This document shows, one piece after another, positions 12,367-24,428 of a stretch of 64,000 nt of DNA; position 1 is the first letter of the stretch, and each line of letters starts with the position of its first letter. Source of the stretch: Octopus vulgaris (Eukaryota); the NCBI GenBank assembly GCA_951406725.2, contig OX597815.1, forward strand, positions 186,930,001 to 186,994,000, in the 5' to 3' direction. A program made the translations under genes and the position numbers. Below the pieces are notes generated by a model. That model searched no databases, was not told the DNA's origin, and saw nothing but the letters and a program-made list of their open reading frames with translations.

Positions 12367-13120
12367 GTATGAAACGTGTACTTTATACACTGTATATAAC
12401 TTTATGCATTTCCAAATGTCACTTGGTTTCAGCTCTCTCTCTTTCTCTTTCATTCTATCTATCTTTCTCATTTTTCCCTCCCTTTCTGTCTCTCTCTTTC
12501 TCTCTCCATTTATCACTATCTTTCTCTCTCCATTTATCACTATCTTTCTCTCTCTCTCGTATCTCTTTCTCTCTCTATTCATCTATCTATCTCTCACTGT
12601 TTTTCTCTCTATCTTTCTCTTTCTTTCTACCTCTCTTTCTTTCTCTCTGTCTCTCTCTTTCTCTCTTTATGCATGTGTGTATGTGTGTGTATTACACGCC
12701 GCTTTATTCCCAAACCCTAAAAAGGCTTTACTGAGTCCTTTTTCGGTTCAACTCCAATACTGTGAATCAAAAGCTCGAAACAGAAGAGCATTTTCGATGC
12801 TGTATATCTTCACTTAGAAAATATTTCCCGAAACTTATAAAATTTCTGCTTTGTTTACACAGCAGTAAATACCTGGCAGTTTGCTTTACGATAGCTAATG
12901 TATATAATGCTGATAGGATTTACAAATACCTATTTGAACAAATATTTCTCTTGTGCTCTGGTTGATGAAATGTAAATATGTACATATGCGAAGACACATT
13001 TATATATGTACATATACATACATACATACATACATACATACATACATACATACATACATACATGCATGCATGCATGCATATGCATGCATGCATACATACA
13101 TACATACATACATACATACA

Positions 13121-13149
<29 letters not shown>

Positions 13150-13151
<2 letters not shown>

Positions 13152-13420
13152 GTTTCTTTATTGGCTACCCAGGGCTGCACACGGACGGAACAGATTACAA
13201 AGTAGAGCTTTTCCTTTTTGGGGAGAAAAAAAAAGTGGGGTAGGTTTTCGATCAAAAGGGATCGTAAAAGGGAAAGAAAAAAGGGAAGGAAAGAGAAAAA
13301 AAGAAAAAGAAACAAACGATCAATAGGGATCACAGAAATGTCATGATGTAAAGTGTAAAGAGGGGAGCAGATAAGGTTTATCCGTGGAAAGAAAAGCCTA
13401 CGGAAAAGACCACGGTAACT
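13150..13420 (-). mobile_element. putative LINE 3' UTR ending at (ATGT)n
   Basis: Minus strand ends ctgttccgtccgtgtgcagccctgggtagccaataaagaaac and runs into the 13008-13150 tetranucleotide tract. Confidence 0.6.
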
Positions 13421-13976
13421 TAACTTACGACGCCAAGCATTGTCACATGGACGTAGCGAGGAACCTAAAAAAAATTCTAAGACCAGTCATGTGACTATCC
13501 TCTACCAATCAAATCTTACTCAAAACATATACTAATTTGAGCCATGAACTGCCTATAAAAACAGGGCAGACTTCGAACTCTAGTCAGAAGCAAGACAGCT
13601 GCGCCATAAGACACGTCTTTCTATTTGAACTTTTTCAAAATATACATGCGTACATTCATGCATGCAGTTTAGGTAAATTGCTGAAAGGTCGTTGATTCAA
13701 TCTAACGCCGTTGTACCTTGAGCAAGTGGCATTTTCTGTAGGCTCGGGTCGGCTCATACACAGGGAGTGAAACTGAACAGATAGAAACCGAATGGATTGA
13801 ACATGGCACACACTGTGTCATACTGATTCCGCTTCAATATGACGTTCAGGCAACACGTGTCTGCGGAATACACAGCTACCTACACGATAATTTAATGAGC
13901 AAGTAATTCAGTTGACTAAACAACTGAATTCTCATCATCGAATTGACGGATACTCTTTATATGTACATACATTTTG

Positions 13977-14213
13977 GGGATCTTTTAACTTTGACCGGCA
14001 GATTTTTTAAATAAATTCTTTGTAACTAGACACTTTTAAACTTCGTATACTGGTAGAATGTGTTACATAAAACATCTTTTTCTCTTGGCTTTCTTGAGAA
14101 AAGTCTGTAGTTTGTAAGCTATTTGTTGCTAAATTTCTTGCATTTCGGCAATTTCAATCAATGACGTCTATTGAGGTGAATGCAAAATCTGCCGGTCAAA
14201 ATGAAAAGATCCC
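13977..14213. mobile_element. MITE with ~29-bp TIRs
   Basis: GGGATCTTTTAACTTTGACCGGCAGATTT / AAATCTGCCGGTCAAAATGAAAAGATCCC; second copy at 23744. Confidence 0.85.
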
Positions 14214-14238
14214 ATTTTTGTTCTATATTTTTCTTATG

Positions 14239-14282
<44 letters not shown>

Positions 14283-14739
14283 TACGTGTGTGTGTTACAA
14301 TTATCATGGCCTGTTCGGATTCCTGATGAGTGAAGCATAGTCTCTCTCTAGTTTTTCAACGCTTTCTGTCCTGTGCTTTTTTGCTTTTCATCCCACCTCC
14401 ATCTTTTTCAATTGTCTTGCTTACCTTTCCCCACAGGATTCCAATCCAAGACTTGACGTGACAAACGTCCTTATGTATATCCGGCAATTTGTCGAGTGAT
14501 AGATTCCTTCTTGGCTTTGGCCCAGAAGTATTTGTTGCTCACACTTTCTGGTTATCTAATGTTTAGAATATTTCCGAGGCAGTAAATATTTACTCGATAT
14601 CCTAGCGTGTTCATGACAAGTGAAGAAAAACAACCAGGCTAAGAGAAATTGCAGCAGAATACTAGACTGAGAGATTAACGTTGGAAAGATAGTGATACTA
14701 AAGATTAATACTGGTGACTCTGACTCATACATTGAATGA

Positions 14740-15040
14740 AGTGAAAGGTTTCTGATTTCTAGGAAGTATGGAGTCTTTGAGGATCCTTGTTCACTCAGTT
14801 ACGCAAAACTTGCAGCCTCCGGTCCCGTTAATATAGGATCCCAGCTGCTCTATGATCTTCCCCTTCGTATCGTATGGGGTCCCTCCATCTTTAAAGCTCC
14901 ACACGTGGCTTGCCAGGGATGTGACGAATCGTCTTTCTGGAATCCTGAAAGAGGACCTGTGGTGGCACAGGCACCGCTTGAAGGCAGTTCCGGCTGCCCC
15001 GGTACATTTCCGGACTTGAATGTTGGTTGTGTTCACATTT
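14740..15040 (-). pseudogene. PLE GIY-YIG endonuclease remnant
   Basis: TGAAGTAFKRCLCHHRSSFRIPERRFVTSLASHVWSFKD..KIIEQLGSYINGTGGCKFCVTE, the same family pattern as 450-872. Confidence 0.8.
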
Positions 15041-15603
15041 CTGGTGCATCTTTCATTGACTCCGGGCCTGAAGATGTTGTTGTTGATGCCGCTTTTGCTG
15101 GAGCTGCTTTCAGTGCTGTTATTACAGGGCGTGGGTCAGGCGATATCACTGTGCCTATTTCACGAGCAAGCTGTTCCGTTGATCGTATCAGCTGGGACCC
15201 TCGTCGTCGTAACCGACGGAGTGCTCCTTATGTATGTATGTATGTATGTATGTATGTATGTATGTATGTATGTATGTATGTATTATGTATGTATATATGC
15301 AGATGCAGAGGAAGCTGTAAAAGCAGGAATTGGAATAGCAAGTCAAGACTTCAATATTTAAACAATTGTTTGGAAGGCGATCGTTCTCTGTGAAGAATTA
15401 TTAAGTCAAAAATATTCAATACCAGTGTCAAATCCGCTTAACTATACAGTGCTGAGTTGGGAAAATGAACACAGATATCCTCAAAATACTACAAATATTC
15501 ATGAAAGCAGGCAGTAAACAAAAATTATAGCTCCTACCTTTGCCAAAGAAATAACAGATAAGTTATTATTGCCGAACTCTGCGCTTTTTTGCAGCAAATT
15601 TAA

Positions 15604-15649
15604 CTGAAGAAGGATGAGTGTTTTTAGCACAGAGCCCGAAATCGATATC
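15604..15649 (+). ncRNA. hammerhead-like motif (degenerate)
   Basis: ctgaaga-a-gg..gtg(ttttta)gcac..cc-gaaa-tcga-ta; weak helix I; flanked by a ~24-bp inverted repeat (15526-15549 / 15648-15670). Confidence 0.45.
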
Positions 15650-15773
15650 TTCGCAAAGGTAGGAGATATAATTTTTATCCACCGTTTCACCATACTTGTT
15701 TTCAGTGAGCTTTCTGTGACTTCGGAGTTCATCTGACAACTATTTCTAGCAAAGCTGGTACTTTCTAGTACTA

Positions 15774-15852
<79 letters not shown>

Positions 15853-15856
<4 letters not shown>

Positions 15857-16253
15857 GTAAAAGGTGAAAAAACTACAGAAGGCTTAAATGTTAAAAATAT
15901 ATATATTTGCGTCAATATGTCTGAAGAATATTAAAAAAATTTTTGAAGAATATTAAAAAAATTTTTGAAGAATATTAAAAAAATTTTTTCTCTTATAATG
16001 ACATAATTTAGAAGAAAGACCGGTTTCGCGTTTAGCTTTTCAAATTTCTTGCGACGTTATGTTAACATAACGTCGCAAGAAATTTGAAAAGCTAAACGCG
16101 AAACCGGTCTTTCTTCTAAATTATGTCATTATAAGAGAAAAAAAATTTTTAATATTCTTCAAAAATTTTTTTAATATTCTTCAGACATATTGACGCAAAT
16201 ATATATATTTTTAACATTTAAGCCTTCTGTAGTTTTTTCACTTTTTACTATTT
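15853..16253. repeat. ~400 bp spacerless palindrome centred on GTTAAC (16061-16066)
   Basis: Arms are near-perfect reverse complements; the left arm has one extra 22-bp unit. Confidence 0.95.
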
Positions 16254-16406
16254 TCTATATATTCAACCACGTGCTTTCACAAACCAACTTTCTTATCTAT
16301 ATATATATATATATATATATAAACGAAGAACAAACAAAAAAACAACAACGCGAGGACGTGGTACATGTAAAGTATTAGCAGACGCTCAGGGAAGGAAAGA
16401 AAAGTG

Positions 16407-16441
16407 GTTTTACGTTTCGAGCAAAGCTCTTCTTCAGAAAC
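16407..16441 (-). ncRNA. minimal type I hammerhead ribozyme, canonical core
   Basis: Minus strand: gttt-CTGAAGA-a-gagc(ttt)gctc-GAAA-cg-TA-aaac; helix I GUUU/AAAC. Confidence 0.75.
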
Positions 16442-17455
16442 AGAGGAAAGTCCACTAGAATGGTTTACGCCTGGTAGCTTACTGGTAAAGCACGGCCACT
16501 TTCACAGTGATCATTACGTATATGGCAAATGAAAGACGGAAGATGAGGAATCGATGCTAGATGTGTCGAAACAATTGTCATGATTAACAAATTCTAGTAT
16601 ATTCCAACTTCCGTCTTTCATTTGCCATGTGTGTGTGTGTGTGTGTGTCGGCGAGGGGATAGTTGAAGAAAGTCCGGATGTCGTCCTTTTACGCCAAGAT
16701 AGATCGATAAAATAAGTAACAGAGAATGTATTGTTAAACCAAGTTAATCCACTAAAAGCCATAGACGCCGTTGCCTTAATATATGTACAGTTTAGAGTGT
16801 GATACCAATAAAAGTGCAAAAAGAATAAAAGAATAGTCAAGTATATAAGTTTAGGTTCTCATTAAAAGAACGAAAAAGTCTTTCCTCGTGTGCTGCAGAT
16901 TTAGTGAATCAGGGAAATGATGTGTCTGTGCGGATCATTGTAGAAGTTGTCAATTCGGAGAGAATCTTTTCAGGGGACGTATACATCTGTGATTGCATAC
17001 ATTCTTCTTATTGACATTCATGAACTCAAATATTTGTTGGTGTCTAAACTCTAACAAAGAAGCCCGCTTATCTTAGTCTTCGTGCAAAGGAAATTAATAA
17101 TTATCAAGAAGAAAACACACCTATTACAGGGGTCTGCACTGTCTTCTGTCAATACAAAGGACGTCACTATCAATAATCAGTATAGGAATCAAATCAAAAG
17201 TGTAAGATTATCGATTAGGTCGTACTGCCATCTTTAATGTAAAGATTGAACTCGTGTCTTTTGTCAGCTCTCCAAGGCATTATTGGTTTATGAGAGATAT
17301 TTTTTTTTAATCTCATTATTTGGAACAGCAATCATATAATTGATGGACAAACTGTTAAACAACAATTTTTTTCCTTCTTATTATTTTTATCATTCTTCTT
17401 ATTCTTATTCTCCTCAGCTTTCTTTACTTTCTTTTTTTCCTTCTTCTTCTTCTCC

Positions 17456-17486
<31 letters not shown>

Positions 17487-17530
17487 CACCACCACCACCA
17501 CCACCACCACCATCACTACTGCTACTGCTG
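17456..17530. repeat. (CTA)n(CCA)n compound microsatellite
   Basis: Direct reading. Confidence 0.95.
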
Positions 17531-17980
17531 CACTCTACAACTTCGACCATATTTATTCTCTTTTAGGCTTTTCTTTTGTTTTCTTGCAATTTCTTCTACC
17601 GTTTCTTCTTCGGTTTGTAAAACATTCCATCAAAACCGAAGCCGTCCAAAATTCCTTTAGAACCAAACTCTTAGTTCCTGTGTAAAAAAAACAAAACATA
17701 AATGATACTTGGCATACTTCCAAACGAAATGACTTGAATCTTAAATCCAAATTTTTCTCCTTCTCACTCTGTTGCTATCAATCAATCTTTTCTTCCTTCT
17801 TCTGTCCATCTATTTATCGACCTCCCGAACCATTCTTATATATTTTCCTATCAATTTGTATTTATATATCTATCATGCCATCTTTCTATCGGTTTATCTC
17901 TCCGCATATCTATTTATATATCTACTTGTGTCTATTTTACTCTTTGAATTTGACATCGATATACATATACATACATATAC

Positions 17981-18030
<50 letters not shown>

Positions 18031-18405
18031 ATGAGGGTGTCTAAAAGACACCAACATGCCGAAATAGCAGTCGAAACTCTGACTATAAAACCACGTTAAA
18101 TGTTCATATCGCACCATGAGGTAAAGCGGAGGGACAAAACATACAAGCAAAAATTATTGAATAATTCAAGATCCAAGGATTTCTGGTTCTGCTTTAAATA
18201 AGCTTTACCGTCATCAATTGAATATATCAAGGGTACATAAATACAGATATATATATGCACAGCAAACGATATACTTACATATACGAGCGTCGTACATACA
18301 TACATATGCACGTATGGACACAGCCAGCTTGAATTGCCCGCCAAAATCACCGCATAATAACGATATGGTTAAAATAAGCACCGCAGTGAATATAATAACG
18401 AATTA

Positions 18406-18650
18406 TATAAATTTATATATGAGGATAATATCGATATTTAAGTGTCGAAATTATCAAGTGGCCAGCATGAAAGAAATACCTTACAAAGGTAAAAAAATTT
18501 TAACTATTTCGGCATGTTGGTGTCTTTTAAAAGACACCCTCATTTTTAATTGTTAAAAAATTTTTACCTTTGTAAGGTATTTCTTTCATGCTGGCCACTT
18601 GATAATTTCGACACTTAAATATCGATATTATCCTCATATATAAATTTATA
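18406..18650. repeat. ~95-bp-arm inverted repeat whose spacer is an inverted copy of 18022-18067
   Basis: Arms ~18406-18503 and ~18552-18650; spacer tatttcggcatgttggtgtcttttaaaagacaccctcatttttaatt. Confidence 0.9.
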
Positions 18651-18676
18651 TATATATATATATACATACATATGTA

Positions 18677-19915
18677 TACTCTTTTACTTGTTTCAGTCAT
18701 TTGACTGCGACCATGCTGGAGCACCGCCTTTTAGTCAAACAAATCGACCCCAGGACTTTTATTCTTTGCTAGCCTAGTACTTATTCTATCGGTCGCTTTG
18801 GCCGAACCGCTAAGTTTCGGGGGCGTAAATACACCGACATCGGTTGTCAAGCGATAGTGGGAAGACAAACACAGACATGCAAACATACATATATATTATA
18901 CGATAGGCTTCTTTCAGTTTCCGTCTACCAAATCCATTCACAAGGCTTGGTCGGCCCGAGGATATAGTAGAAGACACTTGCCCAAGGTTCCACGCAGTGG
19001 GATTGAACCAGAGACCATGTGATTGGTAAGCAAGCTTCTTTCACGCACTTGATAATTTCGACACTTAAATATCGATATTATCCTCATATATAAATTTATA
19101 TATATATATATATATACATATGTATCTTTTTATTTCAGTTATTATACTACAGCCATGCTGGAGCACTGTCTTAAAGCATTTTAGTCGAGCGAATCGATCC
19201 CAGTAATTATTTATTTAAAGCGTAGAACTTATTCTATCGCTCTCTTTTGCCGGACCGATAAGTTCTTATGAGGAGGTTAACACGCCATCACCGGTTGTCA
19301 AGCGATAGTGGGAAGACAAACACAGACATGCAAACATACATATATATTATACGATAGGCTTCTTTCAGTTTCCGTCTACCAAATCCATTCACAAGGCTTG
19401 GTCGGCCCGAGGATATAGTAGAAGACACTTGCCCAAGGTTCCACGCAGTGGGATTGAACCAGAGACCATGTGATTGGTAAGCAAGCTTCTTACCACGCAT
19501 GCACCTACTATATATATATAGAGAGAGAGAGAGAGAGATATGTATATATGTTATCTTTTTATTTCAGTTATTATACTACAGCCGTGCTGGAGCACTGTCT
19601 TAAAGCATTTTAGTCGAGCGAATCGATCCCAGTAATTATTTATTTAAAGCGTAGAACTTATTCTATCGCTCTCTTTTGCCGGACCGATAAGTTCTTATGA
19701 GGAGGTTAACACGCCATCACCGGTTGTCAAGCGGTCGAAGGCAGGCAAACACAATGACACACACATAGACAGATATACATACGACGGAATTCTTTCAGTT
19801 TCCGTCAACCAAACCCACTCACAAGGCCTCGGTCGGCCAGAGTCTATAGTAGGATTGCACCGGAACCATGTGGTTGCGAAGCAAACTTCTTACCACACAG
19901 TCACGCCTGCGCCTA
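18677..19915 (-). mobile_element. cluster of SINE-A pieces with near-identical local duplications
   Basis: 18840-19046 matches 19292-19499; 19123-19303 matches 19553-19732. Confidence 0.85.
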
Positions 19916-20338
19916 AATATATATTTTTTATTCTTCTACTTGTTTCAGTCATCTGACTGCGACAACCTTAAATACGTTAAACAGATATATCCATATCACG
20001 TGATTTCGAACTCTGATAATGATCTTAGTTCTCATCAGTGGATCTTGCCGATACTCCTGATTAAAAGGGTAGCTCGCCTCGTGTTTACTTCATTTTGTGA
20101 GCTGATCTCACCATAGAAAGGTGCTTTTGTTCGCTCCGTTGCTTTTCGTCAATTTAATGAATTTAGTGCTTTGTGTGGCTTTCGAATCGCTTTTGTCTCT
20201 TATTTCTAGTAATGCTGGTACTATATTTTTGTAGCCTTGTCTATTAATTTGCCTTTCGGTTTTAATTACTAAACGGCCACCTATATTATAATATATTTAA
20301 TATATTATTTTATTTCTCTCCTTGTTTTTTCTGTGTCC

Positions 20339-20374
20339 CTTTCTGTAGAAGAGCGTAGGCTCGAAACGTAAAAG
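20339..20374 (+). ncRNA. minimal hammerhead, U6 core variant, in mini-element ~20310-20467
   Basis: cttt-CTGTAGA-a-gagc(gtag)gctc-GAAA-cg-TA-aaag. Confidence 0.65.
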
Positions 20375-20463
20375 ACTTTTTCTATTCCTGAGCGTTATAC
20401 TAATACACCTGTTTGTTTTGTACACCACCTGTCTTCGTCTTTTGTTTTTTTCGTAAACTCTCC

Positions 20464-20529
<66 letters not shown>

Positions 20530-20666
20530 TATCTAGTTACCTGTCTAGCTATTCATATATTTCCCAATTTATCTCTACCTTGTTCTATCCATGCTTTTAT
20601 TTATCGATTTATGAATCTATCAGTATTTATATATCTATCCATCCTTCTCTCGATCTTTCCAGCCAT

Positions 20667-20723
<57 letters not shown>

Positions 20724-20742
20724 CAGATAGATAGATAGATAT

Positions 20743-20835
<93 letters not shown>
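20667..20835. repeat. (GATA)n/(GACA)n microsatellite
   Basis: Direct reading. Confidence 0.95.
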
Positions 20836-20836
<1 letters not shown>

Positions 20837-21254
20837 TACATACATACCTTCTGCATCTATCCAATCCAGCTTTCAACCTGATATATTCACATTTACTCCA
20901 TTACTCTATATGTAAATGAGAATCGCTGTGCGCTTAACCCTAAATCAAAATCCACTCTGACACATTCAATACCATTTAGCAGAAGGCCAGCAGTATTCCC
21001 TTTCCAAATCAATGATTTTTATTCACCAAAATAAGTGGTTCCTTAAGAAATATTCATTTCAGGTCAACTTGTAATTTATTTTTCTATTTCATATAAGATA
21101 TCTATATACACTTAGAATGTGATTTTTCTCTGCACAAATCTCTCTCATACAACCACATCAGGCTGTTTGCTGAAATGTTTTATCGTTCTTCTTCCCATCG
21201 AAATAATCCAAAATGTTTATGCTGTCATTTCCGAGGTAATAATTCACTCGTTTT

Positions 21255-21261
21255 ATATATG

Positions 21262-21324
<63 letters not shown>

Positions 21325-21751
21325 TGTGTATTTTATGTGTGTGTATATATATATATGTGTATGTATTTATATATATATATAATGTATATATATATGTATA
21401 TATAATGTATATGTATATATATATATATGTATATATAATGTATATATATATGTATATATAATGTATATGTATATATATATATGTATATATAATGTATATG
21501 TATATATATATATGTGTATATATAATGTATATGCATATATATATATATATATATATGTATGTATAAAATGTATATGTATATATATATATATACATATACA
21601 TTTTATACATATATATGCATATATATATATATATAAAATGTATACGTATAAAATATAAAATGTATATGTATATATATATATATACATATACATTTTATAT
21701 ATATATATATATATATATAATGTATACGTATATATATATATAAAATGTATA

Positions 21752-21795
<44 letters not shown>

Positions 21796-21937
21796 ATGTA
21801 TACGTATATATATATATAAAATGTATATGTATATATATATATATACATATACATTTTATATATATATATATATATATATAATGTATACGTATATATATAT
21901 ATATAAAATGTATATGTATATATATATATATACATAT

Positions 21938-21995
<58 letters not shown>

Positions 21996-22024
21996 ATATG
22001 TATATATATATATATATATATATT
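21255..22024. repeat. (TG)n plus TA-rich minisatellite with palindromic higher-order units
   Basis: Repeated AAAATGTATATG(TA)nCATATACATTTT units. Confidence 0.9.
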
Positions 22025-22736
22025 ATTTTCTATTATAATCTATTTTACGTAATACGCATGAATGTGCGTATATGTGGTTATTCGTATGTATATATGTGTA
22101 TGTGCGTGTATGTAATGTTTGCATGTGTGTATGAATGTCTACGTGTATCTGTATGTATGCAGGTGTCGTGTTTTTATCAACGTGAGAGTTGATGCCTTTC
22201 CTCCAATTCCCCAACTCGAGCAAAGCCTATCAAATTTATCTTATTTTCACATATACCTTCGTACGCTATGTAGGTGTGTGTGTGTGTTCGCAATTTGTAT
22301 GTATGAGTGTGGGCTTATTTATATACGTGCGTGTATGTGCGAACCTTTGTATGAAAGTGTGTGTGTGGTTTGGTGGCGTCACATAGCGGTGGTAAGTTCC
22401 CGGTATGCTAAGCCTGTGCTGACGTCAACGACTCCTTATAACTGTTAGTTAATATTTATCAGAGTATGGAGCAACGACCAACACCAGGTTAACTCCATCA
22501 TGTCACACAATAGGAAGATAAAACCCAAGGGTTATGCTTTTAATGTGGGGGAAAAAAAATATATATATATATATATACATATATACTTATGTATGTATGT
22601 ATGTATGTATGTATGTATGGAGACAAGCAGAGACATAATATATGCGATATAGTTGCAATAAATGTCATTTAGTGATATATGTGAATGTGTATGTTAAATC
22701 AATTTATGTAACTACGTATGTACGTCTGTTTGTATG

Positions 22737-22780
<44 letters not shown>

Positions 22781-22798
22781 TGTGTGAATGTTTGTATG

Positions 22799-22886
<88 letters not shown>

Positions 22887-23032
22887 TATCGCTCTTTTCC
22901 TTCCTCTTGAGTCTCTCTTTTCAATGAGGTTTTTTTCTTTCTTATTTTCCCTGAGCTTTTTTTTTTTTCTTCAAATGAAGGACCACATGCTGATACGTTA
23001 AAATTCTCTCTCTCTCTCTCCCTCTCCATCTA

Positions 23033-23083
<51 letters not shown>

Positions 23084-23409
23084 CACATTCTCTCTTCTTC
23101 TCTCTCTCTCCTCTCCCTCTCGCTCTCACCCCTCTCTCTTTGTTATTGGCAGGTGAATAATTTTTTTAAAAGACTAAGAAATTATGAATATTAAGGAAGT
23201 GGAAAATACATATAAAAGGCAAAAGATAAAGAAATAAATAAAGGATGGAATATATAAGAATAGACATGGTTATGGCGTGCGGTGAGTTTGAGGAGGGGAG
23301 AATAGAGAAGAGGAGGGGACTTACGCATGCGCATTTATTGCTTAGCGATCGTAAGCCAAGAGTGAAAGACAACATGTTTTAAAAATGTAGTCGTGGAAAG
23401 GTCATCAAG

Positions 23410-24345
23410 CAGGTCAGGTCAGGTCAGGTTAGGTTAGGTTAGGTTAAGCCTGGGAGCATGCGCTGTTGCAGCGAGTTGCTGTATTCACCATTTGTCGGCA
23501 TATTGCCAGGTCCTCCCAGGCGACCTGTTCAGCAGAGTCCCAGTCAATACCCATATCTGCTAGTTACCCCCTCGTATGGAAGTGGTCGACCAACACAAGC
23601 CGTCAACCCTGACGAATGTCGAAGTTGTTCACCGCTTCACGTACCTCGGCTGTGAGGTTCATAGCGACATTAGCTGCGAGTCTGAAGTCCTAAAAAGACT
23701 GGCGCTGTTGTAAACTTATTAGACAAAGATGTTTGGTGCTGCCGGGGATCTTTTCGCTTTGACCGGCAGATTTTTAAAATAAATTCTTTGTAACTAAACA
23801 CTTTTAAACTTCGTATACTGGTAGAATGTGAATATAAAACATCTTTTTCTCATGGCTTTCTTGAGAAAATTCTGTAGTTTGTAAGCTATTTGTTGTTTAA
23901 CTTCTTGCATTTCGGCAATTTCAACGTAACTGATATGAAATATGTCATAAATAACAGTGACACATTGTTATGACACCGTCAAAAATTGTTACGGCAGAAA
24001 TTGTATTCACCTCAATAGACGTCATTGATTGGTTACCTGAGCAAGAGGACAAAGGTTGAGATCTTTAGGTATCTGTTCCTCCGTCTTATTCTATAGTTCT
24101 GAAACATGAACACTTTCCGGTTCCCTTAGGAGCCATCTGAACTCCATTAGTACCAGGATGCTTTGCAGGATGATGGGTTGTCATTGGTCAGATTTCGTTA
24201 CCAGTTAACGACTCTGCTCAGAAACTGAGATGTGTACTGTTACTTCTCTGATTCGGGGCCGCCAGCTCAGAGTGTTTGCCCAAGCTGCTCGATTTTCCAT
24301 GTTAAACCCTGCTTACTATGTGTTCTCTTCGTTGAGGTCAAAAAG
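23410..24345. mobile_element. RTE-clade LINE 3' portion with 5' inversion
   Basis: Plus 23595-24340 reads, across breaks, EVVHRFTYLG, YLSKRTKVEIFR and LIRGRQLRVFAQAARF; minus 23590-23410 reads GRP.., then the 3' UTR and an (AACCT)/(GACCT)n tail. Confidence 0.7.
23744..24032. mobile_element. MITE copy (same family as 13977) with its right end inverted, nested in the RTE
   Basis: Left ~180 bp matches 13977-14157; 23992-24030 is the reverse complement of 14157-14193. Confidence 0.75.
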
Positions 24346-24386
24346 GATTCTACTATATTCATACGAATCTATACATTCTTGCTTAG

Positions 24387-24428
<42 letters not shown>

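Noticed and set aside
14320-14345. CTGATGAG possible hammerhead 5' core
   Set aside because: No helix II or GAAA partner nearby
14905-15393. 162-aa plus-strand ORF
   Set aside because: Antisense of the PLE endonuclease remnant, joined to a SINE tail and a microsatellite
17340-17660. Poly-Tyr/poly-His ORF
   Set aside because: Trinucleotide microsatellite without exon evidence
23410-23447. (TTAGG)n as telomeric repeat
   Set aside because: Only ~4 units grading into (TCAGG)n; better explained as the RTE 3' tail
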